Shown: positions 18,338 through 29,917 of the stretch, one piece after another
How the letters are laid out: each line of letters opens with the position of its first letter
Numbering within the stretch: position 1 is the first letter of the stretch
Source: Pontiella sp.
GTDB lineage: Bacteria; Verrucomicrobiota; Kiritimatiellia; Kiritimatiellales; Pontiellaceae
Assembly: GCA_050290185.1 (NCBI GenBank)
Contig: JBNKHE010000007.1
Coordinates: forward strand, 184,108-248,107
Length of the DNA: 64,000 bases
Reading direction: 5' to 3'
The notes under the pieces: model-generated
Databases searched by the model: none
What the model was told of the DNA's origin: nothing
Seen by the model: only the letters and a program-made list of their open reading frames with translations
Program-made: the position numbers and the translations under genes

Positions 18338-19612
18338 ATGAGTAATAAGCGCAAACTCGAACAACTGGAAACCTATCTGCTTGCGGTTTTGGATGGTTCC
18401 CAAACCGGAAAATGGCCCAGCATCCTGCGCGCCCTGCTCAAAGGTCTTTCCCTGCTGTTCGCTGTCGTGGTGCAAGTCCGCCTTTGGCTTTACCATCATC
18501 GCATCCTGCGGCCCAGTACGCTGGGATGCCAGGTCATCAGTGTCGGAAACCTAACAGTGGGGGGGACTGGCAAAACTCCGGTGGTGGAAGTGTTTGCCAG
18601 AAACCTGCAGGAACAGGGGCGGAAAGTTGCCATTCTAAGCCGCGGCTACAAGAGTAAGGAGCTTCCGTTCCTTCAGAAGATGGTCCAACGCATCACGACG
18701 GGTAAAATCGAAGCTCCGCCACGTGTGGTTTCCGATGGAAAACGCCTGTTACTGGACTCGTGGACGGCGGGCGACGAGCCCTACATGCTTGCATCCAATC
18801 TTCCGAATGTTGCTGTAGTGGTCGACAAGGATCGTGTCAAAGCCGGTAAATATGCCATCAAGGAACTGGGCTGCGATACGCTTATCCTCGACGATGGTTT
18901 CCAGTATCTGAAACTGGGCAATCGCCTGGATATCGCATTGGTCGATTGCACGAATCCCTTTGGCGGAGGTCATCTGCTCCCGCGGGGCCTGCTGCGCGAG
19001 CCCATGCGCAATATCAAACGTGCCGGGTTTATTTTTATCACCAAGTGCCATAATGGCGGGGATAAGGAACTCAAGGAACAGTTGCGGCGGCTCAATCCCG
19101 TGGCCGAAATCTCGGAGTGCCGTCATGCGAATAAATATCTAAAGGATGTTTTTGGCGATAAGACCCATGAACTGGATATGTTGAAAGGGATGAAAATTGC
19201 CGCCGTTTCCGCCATTGCCGTTCCGGAAAGCTTTGAAAATGCGCTGCGCAACCTAGGGGCCGAAATTATCTATACCCGCCGTTTTGCCGACCATCACCGA
19301 TTCTCCCAGCAGGAAATCATCAATACCATCAATTGGAGCATCAAACACGGAGCGCAGGCGATCCTGACCACCGAAAAGGATGCGGTGCGGTTCCCGTTTG
19401 TTGACCGGCGTGATATCCCGGTGCTGTTCATGCGGGTTGAGATTGAGATGCTGAGCGGGGAAGAAGAATTTATGGATTGGATTGCGCGCATCTGTTTCAA
19501 GTCCCCGCGCGAACGAAAAGCGCAGGAAAAGAAGAAGGCGGCTGATGATGCCAGCCGCCTTGCAGCAGAGGGAAAGGAGAAAGTAAAACCCTCTGCTTAT
19601 GCACAAACTTGA
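18338..19612 (+). CDS. lpxK: Tetraacyldisaccharide 4'-kinase
   Basis: [37 protein letters not shown]. Confidence 0.95.
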   Translation: MSNKRKLEQLETYLLAVLDGSQTGKWPSILRALLKGLSLLFAVVVQVRLWLYHHRILRPSTLGCQVISVGNLTVGGTGKTPVVEVFARNLQEQGRKVAILSRGYKSKELPFLQKMVQRITTGKIEAPPRVVSDGKRLLLDSWTAGDEPYMLASNLPNVAVVVDKDRVKAGKYAIKELGCDTLILDDGFQYLKLGNRLDIALVDCTNPFGGGHLLPRGLLREPMRNIKRAGFIFITKCHNGGDKELKEQLRRLNPVAEISECRHANKYLKDVFGDKTHELDMLKGMKIAAVSAIAVPESFENALRNLGAEIIYTRRFADHHRFSQQEIINTINWSIKHGAQAILTTEKDAVRFPFVDRRDIPVLFMRVEIEMLSGEEEFMDWIARICFKSPRERKAQEKKKAADDASRLAAEGKEKVKPSAYAQT

Positions 19613-19654
19613 CTACTTAGACGGCACCCTTCGGAAGCCGTTCAATTAAAGACG

Positions 19655-19693
19655 AAAAAAACGCTCCTCCATTGCCGGGGAGCGTTTTTTTTT
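19655..19693. terminator. Bidirectional terminator lpxK/carB
   Basis: AAAAAAACGCTCC...GGAGCGTTTTTTTTT. Confidence 0.85.
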
Positions 19694-19713
19694 CTTCGTA
19701 GCGCAGGATAGTG

Positions 19714-22700
19714 CTATGCGTGGTAGTCCTGGATCGGACGGACATCCCAGTCGTTTGACTTGATGTAGCGGATGGCTTTTCCTGTTGCATGGGCACCCGA
19801 TTCCGTCGTTACGATCGGAAGGCCGCGCAGGATGGCTTCGGAGCGGATCTTGATTTCATCCACCCGGGCCACCGGACCGCTGGGCGTGTTGACCAGCAAC
19901 TGGACGCCGCTTTCCTTCATCAGGTCGATCACGTTCTTCCCATCTTCGGACAACTTATGCGTCAGCATAACTTCCAGACCGGCATTGTGCAGCGCCTGCG
20001 CCGTACCTTCGGTTGCGACCAGTTTAAAGCCAAGCTCGTTAAATTCCCGGCCGATTTCGACGATCCAGTCCTTGTCGCGGTCCTTGGCGCTGAGGAAGAC
20101 GGTCCCTTCGGTCGGCAGTACCTGGCCGGCCGCTATTTCCGCTTTCCAGAAGGCTAGTTCAAAGGTGGTGTCGATTCCCATGACTTCGCCGGTGGATTTC
20201 ATTTCCGGACCGAGGATCGGGTCGACGCCCGCAAAGCGGTTAAAGGGGAATACCGCTTCTTTGACGGCATACCATTCGATTTTTGGCTGGAACCCGACGA
20301 GGCCCAGTTCCTTGAGCGTCTTGCCCATCGATATCTGCGTTGCAATGTTTGCCAGAGGAACATTGGTGGCCTTGCTTACATAGGGAACGGTACGCGAGGC
20401 ACGCGGATTGACTTCGATAATGTAGAACTCGTCGTCCTTGACGGCGAGCTGTGCGTTCATGAGTCCATGCACATTCAGTTCCAGTGCCATGGCCGAGCAG
20501 GCTTCTTTGATGCGGTTGACCATTTCATCGTTGAGCGAGTAGGGCGGGATCGAGCAGGCGCTATCGCCCGAATGGATGCCGGCTTCCTCAACGTGTTCCA
20601 TAACACCGCCGATATAAACATCGGTTCCGTCGCAGACCAGATCAACATCTACTTCGATGGCGTGTTCGAGGAAGCGGTCAATCAGCACGGGATGTTCGGG
20701 GCTGGCGGCGAAGGCTGCGTTGACGAAGGGTTCCAGCTCCTCTTCCTCGTAGGCCACCATCATCGCGCGCCCGCCGAGAACGAAGGAGGGTCGGATCATG
20801 ACCGGGAAGCCGATGCGTTCCGCAATAACCTCCGCCTGTTCGAGTGTTTTAGCGGTAGCACTTTCCGGCTGTTTGAGTTCAAGCTTGTCGAGCAGCTGGC
20901 GGAAAAGTTCGCGGTCTTCTGCCGCGGCGATGCTCTTCGGAGAAGTGCCGAGAATCGGGACGCCTGCTTCCAGCAGGCGATCCGCCAGATTGAGCGGGGT
21001 TTGGCCGCCCATCTGTACGATCATTCCGATCGGCTGTTCCGTCTCGTAAATGTTCATCACATCTTCAAAGGTCAGCGGTTCGAAATAGAGTTTGTCCGAA
21101 GTATCGTAGTCAGTCGAAACGGTTTCCGGGTTGGAGTTGACCATGATGGCTTCGTAGCCCATTTCCCGCAGGGCCTTGACGGTATGCACGCAGGAATAGT
21201 CGAACTCGATGCCCTGGCCGATCCGGTTCGGTCCCGAGCCCAGCACGATCACGCTTTGCTTATCGGTTTTCCGTGTTTCGTTGAGATCGGCATAGCAGGA
21301 ATAGAAATATGGGGTGGAAGCTTCGAATTCGCCGGCGCAGGTGTCGACCAGACTGTAGACCGGGATGATGCCTAGCTGCTTGCGCAGCGCCCGGATATCG
21401 TTTCCTTTACATCCGCGCAGTGCGCCGATCTGCTCGTCGGAGAAACCGTTTTTCTTGGCTTTTTTGAGCAGGTCGTAATCCAGTTCAGCGGCATCGATAA
21501 TTTCCTGTTCGATCTCAACGATCTGCAGAATGTTGTCGATGAACCATGGGTCGAGATGGGTCATGGACTGGATTTTTTCGATGGAATAACCCTTCTTGAG
21601 CGCTATCTTAATGGCAATCGTGCGCTCTGTGCAGGTGGTCTGCAGGTAATTGTCCAGTTTGGAGACGTCGACTTTGGCTTCCGCCTTCAGATCCAGTCCA
21701 TCAACACCGATCTCCAACGAACGGAAGGCTTTTTGCAGCGACTCTTTGAAGTTGCGGCCGATCGCCATGGTTTCGCCGACCGACTTCATGCTGACGCCCA
21801 GCGTAGGGTTGGCGCTGGGGAACTTTTCAAACGTGAAGCGCGGGAGCTTGGTTACCACATAATCGATAGACGGCTCGAAACAGGCCGGAGTTTCCTTGGT
21901 GATATCGTTGGGCAACTCATCGAGGGTGTATCCGGCGGCGAGCTTGGCCGCGAGTTTCGCAATCGGGAAGCCGGTTGCTTTTGAGGCGAGGGCCGATGAA
22001 CGCGATACGCGCGGATTCATTTCGATAATCGCCATGCGTCCGGTTTCCGGGTGGATGCAGAACTGCACATTGGAGCCGCCGGTTTCCACGCCGATCACGC
22101 GTAACACTTTGAGCGATGTATCGCGCATAATCTGGTATTCGCGGTCGGTCAGAGTCTGTGCCGGTGCGACGGTGATGCTGTCTCCGGTATGGATACCCAT
22201 GGGGTCCATGTTTTCGATGGCGCAGATGATGACGGCGTTATCTTTTTTGTCGCGCATCACTTCCATCTCGAACTCTTTCCAGCCAAACACGGATTCTTCG
22301 AGCAGGACTTCCGTGGTTAGGCTGGCCTTAAGCCCCCCTTCCGCGACCTCCAGCAGCTCTTCCATATTATTGGCAATTCCGCCGCCGGTTCCGCCGAGAG
22401 TGAAGGACGGGCGTACAATAATCGGGAAGTCGAGTTCCTCTTCGGCGATGCGCCTGGCTTCGGCCAGATCATGAACTTCATAGCTGCGCAGGGTTTCGAT
22501 GCCTGCTTCTGCCATGACTTCCTTGAACAGGTCACGCTCTTCACCGCGCATGATGGCGTCGTACTTGGCGCCAATCATTTCCACGCCATACTTTTCCAAT
22601 ACGCCCATTTCGACCAGCTTCATAGCCGTATTGAGTGCGGTTTGTCCGCCCAGGGTCGGAAGAATGGCGTCCGGCCGTTCCCGGATGATGATTTTTTCAA

Positions 22701-22920
22701 CGGCCTCCGGAGTGATCGGCTCAATATAGGTATGGTCGGCCGTGGCAGGGTCGGTCATGATCGTTGCCGGATTGGAGTTGATCAGAGACACGATATAGCC
22801 TTCTTCGCGCAGCGCCTTGCAGGCTTGCGTTCCGGAATAGTCGAACTCGCAGGCTTGGCCGATCACGATCGGGCCGGAGCCGATGATTAGAATGTGGTGG
22901 ATATCTTCTCTTTTTGGCAT
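19714..22920 (-). CDS. carB: Carbamoyl-phosphate synthase large subunit
   Basis: MPKREDI...[17 protein letters not shown]; duplicated ATP-grasp domains; MGS domain. Confidence 0.98.
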   Translation of the reverse strand: MPKREDIHHILIIGSGPIVIGQACEFDYSGTQACKALREEGYIVSLINSNPATIMTDPATADHTYIEPITPEAVEKIIIRERPDAILPTLGGQTALNTAMKLVEMGVLEKYGVEMIGAKYDAIMRGEERDLFKEVMAEAGIETLRSYEVHDLAEARRIAEEELDFPIIVRPSFTLGGTGGGIANNMEELLEVAEGGLKASLTTEVLLEESVFGWKEFEMEVMRDKKDNAVIICAIENMDPMGIHTGDSITVAPAQTLTDREYQIMRDTSLKVLRVIGVETGGSNVQFCIHPETGRMAIIEMNPRVSRSSALASKATGFPIAKLAAKLAAGYTLDELPNDITKETPACFEPSIDYVVTKLPRFTFEKFPSANPTLGVSMKSVGETMAIGRNFKESLQKAFRSLEIGVDGLDLKAEAKVDVSKLDNYLQTTCTERTIAIKIALKKGYSIEKIQSMTHLDPWFIDNILQIVEIEQEIIDAAELDYDLLKKAKKNGFSDEQIGALRGCKGNDIRALRKQLGIIPVYSLVDTCAGEFEASTPYFYSCYADLNETRKTDKQSVIVLGSGPNRIGQGIEFDYSCVHTVKALREMGYEAIMVNSNPETVSTDYDTSDKLYFEPLTFEDVMNIYETEQPIGMIVQMGGQTPLNLADRLLEAGVPILGTSPKSIAAAEDRELFRQLLDKLELKQPESATAKTLEQAEVIAERIGFPVMIRPSFVLGGRAMMVAYEEEELEPFVNAAFAASPEHPVLIDRFLEHAIEVDVDLVCDGTDVYIGGVMEHVEEAGIHSGDSACSIPPYSLNDEMVNRIKEACSAMALELNVHGLMNAQLAVKDDEFYIIEVNPRASRTVPYVSKATNVPLANIATQISMGKTLKELGLVGFQPKIEWYAVKEAVFPFNRFAGVDPILGPEMKSTGEVMGIDTTFELAFWKAEIAAGQVLPTEGTVFLSAKDRDKDWIVEIGREFNELGFKLVATEGTAQALHNAGLEVMLTHKLSEDGKNVIDLMKESGVQLLVNTPSGPVARVDEIKIRSEAILRGLPIVTTESGAHATGKAIRYIKSNDWDVRPIQDYHA

Positions 22921-22951
22921 AATTGTTACCTCAACGGCTTAAATCATATTT

Positions 22952-23023
22952 CTCTCAGAGTCGCGGAGGGTGCAGAGGCAACTTGAAAAAGCTCTTCTCT
23001 GCGTACTCTGCGACTTTGCGAGG
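22952..23023. repeat. REP-like long imperfect palindrome
   Basis: CAGAGTCGCGGAGGGTGCAGAG...CTCTGCGTACTCTGCGACTTTG. Confidence 0.65.
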
Positions 23024-23044
23024 TAAACCCAGACATGTTTTAGT

Positions 23045-24592
23045 TTATTCCCATTCGATGGTGGACGGGGGTTTGGAGCTGATGTCGTAACAGACGCGGT
23101 TGACGCCGCGGACTTCGTTGATGATGCGATTTGAAATGGAATCCATGACGTCGTACGGCAGCTTGTACCAGTCGGCGGTCATGCCGTCGCGACTTTCGAC
23201 GGCGCGGACGGCTACCACATTTTCGTAGGTGCGGTCGTCGCCCATGACGCCGACCGACTGGATCGGCAGCAACACGGCGAAGTATTGCCACACGTCGAGG
23301 TGGTTAGGCATCTTCATGATTTCTTCGCGCACGCGCAGATCAGCCTGCTGGAGGACTTCGATGCGTTCGGGGGTAATGTCGCCAATGATGCGGACGGCCA
23401 GACCGGGGCCTGGGAAGGGCTGGCGATCAACGACGTAGCTCGGCAGGCCGAGTTCGCGACCGACTTCGCGGACTTCGTCCTTGAATAGTTCGCGTAACGG
23501 TTCGATCAGTTTGAACTGGAGGTCGTCCGGCAAGCCGCCCACATTGTGATGGCTCTTGATGGTGGCAGACGGGCCGCCGATCGGAGAGACGGATTCGATG
23601 ACGTCGGGGTAGAGCGTTCCCTGCCCAAGGTATTTGACCTTGTCGCTAAGGCCGCGCGCCTTTTCCGCAAAAACGTCGATGAAGGTGCTGCCGATGATCT
23701 TACGCTTCTTTTCCGGATCGGAAACGCCGGCAAGCTTGCTCAGGAAAAGATCGCCGGAATGGGCGACGATTAGGTCGATGCCGAAGGCTCGGCCGAAAAG
23801 ATCTTCGATTTCCTCGGTTTCCCGGTAACGCATAAGACCGTTGTCTACATAGACGCAATGCAACCGTTTGCCGATGGCCTTATGGAGCAGGGCGGCCACT
23901 ACGGAAGAGTCGACCCCTCCACTGAGGCCGAGCAGAACATGGTCGTCGCCAACGGTTTCCCTAATATGCTTTACGGTAACTTCGACGAATTTGGACATTT
24001 CCCAGTCGCCGGAGCATCCGCATATCTTGAAGGCGAAGTTCCACAGCATCTCCTTGCCTTGCGGGGTGTGGACGACTTCGGGGTGGAATTGCACACCGAA
24101 GATGTTGCGATCGAGATGCTGAATGGCCGCGAAGGGGCAGTTGTCGGATTCGGCAACGACCTCGAAGCCTTCCGGCATGGCTTCCACCTTGTCGCCGTGG
24201 CTCATCCATACCTGGATGTCGGGCGAGAGTCCTTTGAACAGGGGCGAGCTCTTGGTGATCTGCATCATGGCCTTGCCGTATTCGCGTTTCAGACCGGGCT
24301 TGACGGAGCCGCCGAGCGTCTGGGCCGTGAGCTGCATGCCGTAGCAGATGCCGAGGATTGGAATACCTAGATCAAACAGGGCGGGATCGCATTTGGGCGC
24401 ATCTTCGTCCGGCACGCTGCATGGGCCGCCGGAAAGAATGATGCCTTTCGGGTTGCGCTTTTTCAGTTCTTCCGCCGCCGTGTCGAAGCGAATGATTTCA
24501 CAGTAGACCTTCTGTTCGCGGATGCGTCGCGCAATCAGCTGGGTGACCTGCGAGCCGTAGTCGAGGATGGCAATCCATTCGGGATGGTTCAT
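23045..24592 (-). CDS. guaA: GMP synthase (glutamine-hydrolysing)
   Basis: LDYGSQ, GICYGMQ, SGGVDS, KSHHNVGG, KPPSTIEWE. Confidence 0.98.
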   Translation of the reverse strand: MNHPEWIAILDYGSQVTQLIARRIREQKVYCEIIRFDTAAEELKKRNPKGIILSGGPCSVPDEDAPKCDPALFDLGIPILGICYGMQLTAQTLGGSVKPGLKREYGKAMMQITKSSPLFKGLSPDIQVWMSHGDKVEAMPEGFEVVAESDNCPFAAIQHLDRNIFGVQFHPEVVHTPQGKEMLWNFAFKICGCSGDWEMSKFVEVTVKHIRETVGDDHVLLGLSGGVDSSVVAALLHKAIGKRLHCVYVDNGLMRYRETEEIEDLFGRAFGIDLIVAHSGDLFLSKLAGVSDPEKKRKIIGSTFIDVFAEKARGLSDKVKYLGQGTLYPDVIESVSPIGGPSATIKSHHNVGGLPDDLQFKLIEPLRELFKDEVREVGRELGLPSYVVDRQPFPGPGLAVRIIGDITPERIEVLQQADLRVREEIMKMPNHLDVWQYFAVLLPIQSVGVMGDDRTYENVVAVRAVESRDGMTADWYKLPYDVMDSISNRIINEVRGVNRVCYDISSKPPSTIEWE

Positions 24593-25689
24593 TATTTATA
24601 TTCCTTCATTAAGTCGATGAATTCCTCGAAGAGGTAGAACGGGTCGTGCGGGCCGGGGGCCGCTTCTGGGTGGTACTGCACACAGAAGAGCGGCTGCTGC
24701 TTATGCTTGAGGCCGGCAACGGTATTGTCGTTGAGGTTGATATGCGTAATCTCGGCCACGTCCGTATTGACGGAGTCGGCATCGATGCAGAATCCGTGGT
24801 TATGCGAAGCGATTTCCACCTTGGTCGTACGTAGATCCTGAATCGGTTGGTTGCCGCCACGGTGTCCGAACTTGAGCTTATAGGATTTAGCGCCGAGCGC
24901 TAATCCGAGCATCTGATGGCCGAAGCAGATGCCGAACATGGGGCGCTTGGATTCAATAAGGTCGCCGACCAGTTTGGTGATGTTTGGCGCTCCGGCTGGA
25001 TCGCCGGGACCATTGGAGACAAATATGCCGTCCGGCTTGGCAACGAGAATTTCCTCGGCAGGGGTCGTATTCGGATAAACCGTACATTCGCAACCGAGCT
25101 GGTCCAAAATGCGTAACTGGTTAAGTTTGATGCCGCAGTCGATGACGGCCACCTTGAGTGCGGCATCCGCTTTGCCGCCTTCAGGCCAGAGATACTTTTC
25201 GGCGATGGTGACTTCGGTGGAGAGGTCGCGGCCAACCAATCCATCCGAGGCCTTGGCTTTGGCAACCAGGCTCTCTTTATCAAGATCGTCGGTGGAAACC
25301 ACGCACTTCATCGCCCCTTTGTCGCGGATGTGCAGGGTAATGGCGCGGGTGTCAACTTGATCCACGCCAATCTTGCCGTTTTCTTCGAGATACTCGGGCA
25401 ATGATTTGGTTGCCCGCCAATTGCTGTAGATTCGTGAACATTCGCCCACGACAAGCCCCTCGGCGAAGATGCCGCGCGACTCGGCGTCCTCGTCATTGAT
25501 GCCGTAGTTGCCGATCAACGGGTAGGTCATCGTGACGATCTGGCCGTGGTAGGAGGGGTCGGTCAGAATCTCCTGATAGCCGGTCATGGACGTGTTGAAA
25601 ACCAGCTCTCCGTAGAACTCACCCGACCCTGCGAATGCCCGTCCTTCGAAGCAGGTACCATCCTCGAGTGCAATAATCGCTTTTTTCAT
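24592..25689 (-). CDS. carA: Carbamoyl-phosphate synthase small subunit
   Basis: FNTSMTGYQE, SNGPGDP, GICFGHQ, QYHPEA. Confidence 0.97.
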   Translation of the reverse strand: MKKAIIALEDGTCFEGRAFAGSGEFYGELVFNTSMTGYQEILTDPSYHGQIVTMTYPLIGNYGINDEDAESRGIFAEGLVVGECSRIYSNWRATKSLPEYLEENGKIGVDQVDTRAITLHIRDKGAMKCVVSTDDLDKESLVAKAKASDGLVGRDLSTEVTIAEKYLWPEGGKADAALKVAVIDCGIKLNQLRILDQLGCECTVYPNTTPAEEILVAKPDGIFVSNGPGDPAGAPNITKLVGDLIESKRPMFGICFGHQMLGLALGAKSYKLKFGHRGGNQPIQDLRTTKVEIASHNHGFCIDADSVNTDVAEITHINLNDNTVAGLKHKQQPLFCVQYHPEAAPGPHDPFYLFEEFIDLMKEYK

Positions 25690-26032
25690 AGTTTTTCCCA
25701 TAAAATGACGTTCTTCCGAAAGCAGTTCTGTACAAAATTCGGGATATCATCCATGTCCGGTGCACCCCTTGCAATCATTTATGTGGGTGAAATGATGAAA
25801 CGCCTTGTTTGCACCCGAATTTGTTGAAATATGGGTGCTGTACGAATTGGTCAAAGAGACGGATGCAACATTCATCGCGGTGCCAGCGGTATGGGGATAT
25901 ACCATATGCCGATACGAGCGATCACATTTTAGGTATAATAAATTATTGGTGTCCTTGACTCTGGAAAGTACTCGGTTAAATATAGATTGTTTTTTGTGTA
26001 AATTGATGTTTATCAAAGAAGGAGAAACGAGA

Positions 26033-28786
26033 ATGGCTCAGAAAAAATATGTCTACTTCTACGGAGTTTCAAAGGAGCTCACAGAAGGCGATAGCAGTAT
26101 GAAGGCAGTCCTTGGCGGCAAGGGTGCCAACCTGGCGGAAATGGCAAATGCAAATCTTCCGGTACCTCCCGGATTGACCATCTCCACCGAGGCTTGTGCC
26201 TACTATTCCAAAACCGGGGGGAAATATGCTCCGGAAATGGAACAACAGCTGACAGCGCAGCTCAAGAAGCTGGAAAAGAATATGGGCAAGAAGCTCGGCG
26301 ACCCGAAGGATCCGCTGCTCGTGTCTGTCCGTTCCGGCGCCGCCGTCTCCATGCCCGGCATGATGGATACTGTTCTCAACCTTGGCCTGACCGACAAATC
26401 CGTACTCGGCTTCATCGAGCAATGCGGTAACGAGCGCACCGGCTGGGACTGCTACCGTCGCTTTATCGATATGTTCGGCGACGTGGTGATGGGGCCCTAT
26501 ACCGGTCTGACCCATCATGATTTCGAAGTTGAACTCGAAGCCATCAAGAAAAAGTACAAGGCCGCGGAAGACACGGATCTGACAGCAGAACAGCTGAAGG
26601 AACTGGTGGACATCTATAAAAAGGTCTACAAAAACAAGGTGAAAAAGCCGTTCCCGCAGGATCCGATGGAACAGCTTGACCTCTCCATCCGCGCCGTATT
26701 CGGCTCGTGGAACTCCGAGCGTGCCGAAAAATACCGTCAGATCAACAAGATCAACGGTCTGCTCGGCACCGCCGTGAATATCTGCACCATGGTCTTCGGG
26801 AACATGGGTGAAAAATCCGGCACAGGCGTTGCCTTTACCCGCGATGGCGGAACCGGACACAGTCAGCCAATGGGTGAATACCTGATCGATGCTCAGGGTG
26901 AAGATGTTGTGGCCGGCATTCGTACACCGAAACACCTTGATGATATGCCGAACGAGGAATCCACGGTCTGGGCGAAAGCCTATGCCGATCTGCAGAAGAT
27001 CATGGCCCGTCTTGAGAAGCACTATAAATATCCGCAGGACGTGGAGTTTACGGTTCAGGAAGGCAAACTCTTCATGCTTCAGACCCGTAATGCCAAGCGT
27101 ACTGGTTTGGCCGGCGTTCGCTGGGCGGTGGAAATGGCCACCGGCAAGGATGTCTTTACCGGCGAGAGCCAACCGAAGATTCTGACGCAGAAGGAAGCTC
27201 TCATGACGCTTACAGGCGACGATCTCGAACAGCTGTTGTTCCCGATCTTCGATATCGCTGCGGAAAAGAAGGCCAAGCAGATTACTTCCGGGTTGCCGGC
27301 TGGGCCGGGCGCTGCCGTGGGCAAGATCATGTTTGAGGCGGAAGATGCCGAGGCCGCCATTAAGAAAAATGCAGATGAAAAAATTATTCTGGTTCGGCAT
27401 GAAACCAGCCCCGAAGATGTGGGCGGCATGTGGGCTGCGCAGGGGGTATTGACCTCTACCGGTGGCATGACTTCCCACGCGGCGGTTGTTGCCCGTGGCT
27501 GGGGTAAGTGCTGCATCTGTGGTGCGGGCTCCTTGAAGATCGACTATAAGAAGAAAGCGGTCACGATTGGAAACAAGGTCTACAAGCAGGGCGACTGGAT
27601 CAGTCTGAACGGTTCCACCGGAGCGGTCTATGCCGGTCAGATCCCGACGCAGGTCAGCCCGGTGGTATCTGCCGTCGTCGACGGCAAGGCCGCGGCCAAG
27701 AAGGATCCGATCTTCAAAATGTATGAACAGGTCTCCAAGTGGTCCGACAGCAACCGTACCATTAATGTTCGCACTAATGCCGATACGCCGAGCGACTCCA
27801 AGGCCGCCCGTGCATTCGGTGCAGAAGGCATCGGCCTGTGCCGTACCGAGCACATGTTCTTCGAGGGCGACCGCATCTGGGCGATCCGCGAGTTCATTCT
27901 GGCCGAGGACGAAAAAGCTCGCAAGGGTGCATTGGCCAAGTTGCTGAAGCACCAGCAGAAGGACTTTGAAGGTATCTTCAAGGCGATGGATGGTCTTCCT
28001 GTAACAGTGCGTCTGCTCGATCCGCCGTTGCACGAATTCGTGCCGCACACCAAGAAGGACCAGCAGGAAATGGCCAAGCGTTTAGGCGTGCCGCTGAAAA
28101 AGGTTACGGATCGCGTACAGGAACTGCACGAGTTCAATCCGATGCTTGGGCATCGTGGCTGCCGCCTGTCGATCACCTATCCTGAACTCTGCGTCATGCA
28201 GACCCAGGCGATTATCGGAGCGGCCTGCAAGGTGGCCAAGGCCAAGAAAGCCGTCAAGGTGCTGCCGGAAATCATGATTCCGCTCATCGGAACCAAGGCC
28301 GAGCTGGACTTTCTCGAAAAGATTGTCCGCGAGCAGGCGGAGGCGGTCATTGAGAAGACCGGCGCCAAGGTTAAGTACATGGTGGGTACCATGATCGAGA
28401 TTCCGCGTGCCGCCCTGACGGCCGACGAAATTGCCGAGACTGCCGAGTTCTTCAGCTTCGGCACCAACGATCTGACCCAGATGACCTTCGGTTACAGCCG
28501 CGACGACATCGGTTCGTTCCTGCCTGACTACCTGAATGAAAAGATTCTTCCGTCGGATCCCTTCCAGCACCTCGATCAGACCGGAGTGGGTCAGCTCGTT
28601 AAGCTGGGGGTAAAGCGCGGTCGCGAAACACGTCCGGATCTCAAGTGCGGGATCTGTGGTGAACATGGTGGTGACCCGGAAAGCGTGAAGTTCTGCGTCA
28701 AGGCGGGACTGAACTATGTGAGTTGCTCGCCGTACCGGGTGCCGATTGCCCGGCTTGCCGCAGCGCAGGCGGCTATCAAGGGCTAA
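26033..28786 (+). CDS. ppdK: Pyruvate, phosphate dikinase
   Basis: AAGGAG RBS before MAQKK; LGGKGANL, SVRSGA, GGMTSHAA, GICGEHGG. Confidence 0.97.
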   Translation: MAQKKYVYFYGVSKELTEGDSSMKAVLGGKGANLAEMANANLPVPPGLTISTEACAYYSKTGGKYAPEMEQQLTAQLKKLEKNMGKKLGDPKDPLLVSVRSGAAVSMPGMMDTVLNLGLTDKSVLGFIEQCGNERTGWDCYRRFIDMFGDVVMGPYTGLTHHDFEVELEAIKKKYKAAEDTDLTAEQLKELVDIYKKVYKNKVKKPFPQDPMEQLDLSIRAVFGSWNSERAEKYRQINKINGLLGTAVNICTMVFGNMGEKSGTGVAFTRDGGTGHSQPMGEYLIDAQGEDVVAGIRTPKHLDDMPNEESTVWAKAYADLQKIMARLEKHYKYPQDVEFTVQEGKLFMLQTRNAKRTGLAGVRWAVEMATGKDVFTGESQPKILTQKEALMTLTGDDLEQLLFPIFDIAAEKKAKQITSGLPAGPGAAVGKIMFEAEDAEAAIKKNADEKIILVRHETSPEDVGGMWAAQGVLTSTGGMTSHAAVVARGWGKCCICGAGSLKIDYKKKAVTIGNKVYKQGDWISLNGSTGAVYAGQIPTQVSPVVSAVVDGKAAAKKDPIFKMYEQVSKWSDSNRTINVRTNADTPSDSKAARAFGAEGIGLCRTEHMFFEGDRIWAIREFILAEDEKARKGALAKLLKHQQKDFEGIFKAMDGLPVTVRLLDPPLHEFVPHTKKDQQEMAKRLGVPLKKVTDRVQELHEFNPMLGHRGCRLSITYPELCVMQTQAIIGAACKVAKAKKAVKVLPEIMIPLIGTKAELDFLEKIVREQAEAVIEKTGAKVKYMVGTMIEIPRAALTADEIAETAEFFSFGTNDLTQMTFGYSRDDIGSFLPDYLNEKILPSDPFQHLDQTGVGQLVKLGVKRGRETRPDLKCGICGEHGGDPESVKFCVKAGLNYVSCSPYRVPIARLAAAQAAIKG

Positions 28787-28802
28787 GGCTCTTGCTGGCA
28801 AC

Positions 28803-28834
28803 AAAAAAGCCCGTCTTCGTGACGGGCTTTTTTA
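28803..28834. terminator. Bidirectional terminator ppdK/galE
   Basis: AAAAAAGCCCGTC-TTCGT-GACGGGCTTTTTT. Confidence 0.88.
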
Positions 28835-28877
28835 TTGTCGGCGTCCCGGAAATATTCGGAACCATGTATTTCATGGG

Positions 28878-29849
28878 TTACTCGGCATAGCCATTCGGAT
28901 GGGCCTGATGCCAGTCCCAGGCGCTTTGCACGATCTCCTTCAGATCGGCATGCTTCGGATCCCAGCCGAGTACGGTTTTTGCCTTCGTTGCATCGGCCAC
29001 CAGCGCCGTGCAGTCGCCCGGGCGGCGTGGCTGGCTTTCGGAGGGGATCGGGTGTCCGGTCACTTCCCGGCAGACATCGATGACTTCCTTGACGGTGTAT
29101 CCGTCGCCATTGCCGAGGTTGAATGCACCGGAGATGCCGGGCTTAAGCGCCAGGATGTGCGCCTGGGCGAGATCCTTGATATGGATGTAGTCGCGCACGC
29201 AGGTGCCGTCGCGGGTTTCGTAGTCTTCACCAAAGATGAAGATCTTCTCGCGCTTGCCCTGGGCAACCTGCAGCAACAGCGGAATCAGGTGGCTTTCGGG
29301 GTTGTGGGCTTCGCCGTATTGCTCGGTCGCGCCGCAGGCGTTGAAGTAGCGTAGAAAGACGGAATCGATCCCATGGATTTTTTGTCCCCACGAGAAGATC
29401 TTTTCGCAGAGGTATTTTGATTCGCCGTAAACCGATTCCGGCTTCTGCGGCAGGGTTTCGTCCATCGGCATTCGGTCGGGCGTACCATAAGTGGCGCAGG
29501 TGGAGGAGAAGATCAGTTTCTTGCAGCCGGACTCGACCATGGCGCTCATCAGATTGAGCGAGCCGCTCACATTGTTCTCGAAGAAGGGCATCGGTTCCCT
29601 CATCGATTCGCCGACTTCGATGTACGCCGCAAAATGAATGACGGCATCGGGGCGTTCAGCGAGCAGGGCGCTTTTGATGTCTTCCTTGTAGCGGAGGTCG
29701 CCCTGCATGAATTTTGCGCGGGGATCGACGGCCGGTTGGTATCCGCGTTCCAGATTGTCGAATACGACCACATCATGCCCTTCATCGCAGAGCATCTGGG
29801 TGGTAACACTTCCGATATAGCCGGCTCCGCCGGCAACAAGTACTTTCAT
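28878..29849 (-). CDS. galE: UDP-glucose 4-epimerase
   Basis: GGAGYIGS, HFAA, YGESK, LRYFN, RDYIH. Confidence 0.96.
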   Translation of the reverse strand: MKVLVAGGAGYIGSVTTQMLCDEGHDVVVFDNLERGYQPAVDPRAKFMQGDLRYKEDIKSALLAERPDAVIHFAAYIEVGESMREPMPFFENNVSGSLNLMSAMVESGCKKLIFSSTCATYGTPDRMPMDETLPQKPESVYGESKYLCEKIFSWGQKIHGIDSVFLRYFNACGATEQYGEAHNPESHLIPLLLQVAQGKREKIFIFGEDYETRDGTCVRDYIHIKDLAQAHILALKPGISGAFNLGNGDGYTVKEVIDVCREVTGHPIPSESQPRRPGDCTALVADATKAKTVLGWDPKHADLKEIVQSAWDWHQAHPNGYAE

Positions 29850-29860
29850 GATTCTCCTTT

Positions 29861-29915
29861 CGTGAGGCCTGAAACGTGAGCCGAGATATTCACGGTTCAA
29901 TCGTCACTCGTCACG
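29861..29915 (-). repeat. Dispersed heptamer-based repeat, copy B
   Basis: Minus strand CGTGACGAGTGACGATTGAACCG...GCCTCACG. Confidence 0.6.
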
Positions 29916-29917
29916 GA

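Noticed and set aside
25805..26032. 76-aa N-terminal extension of PpdK
   Set aside because: A strong RBS precedes ATG 26033; the extension spans the AT-rich promoter region.
26069..28048. 659-aa antisense ORF and similar long shadow ORFs over carB, leuC and uvrC
   Set aside because: Expected antisense open frames from GC-biased codon usage; no recognisable motifs.
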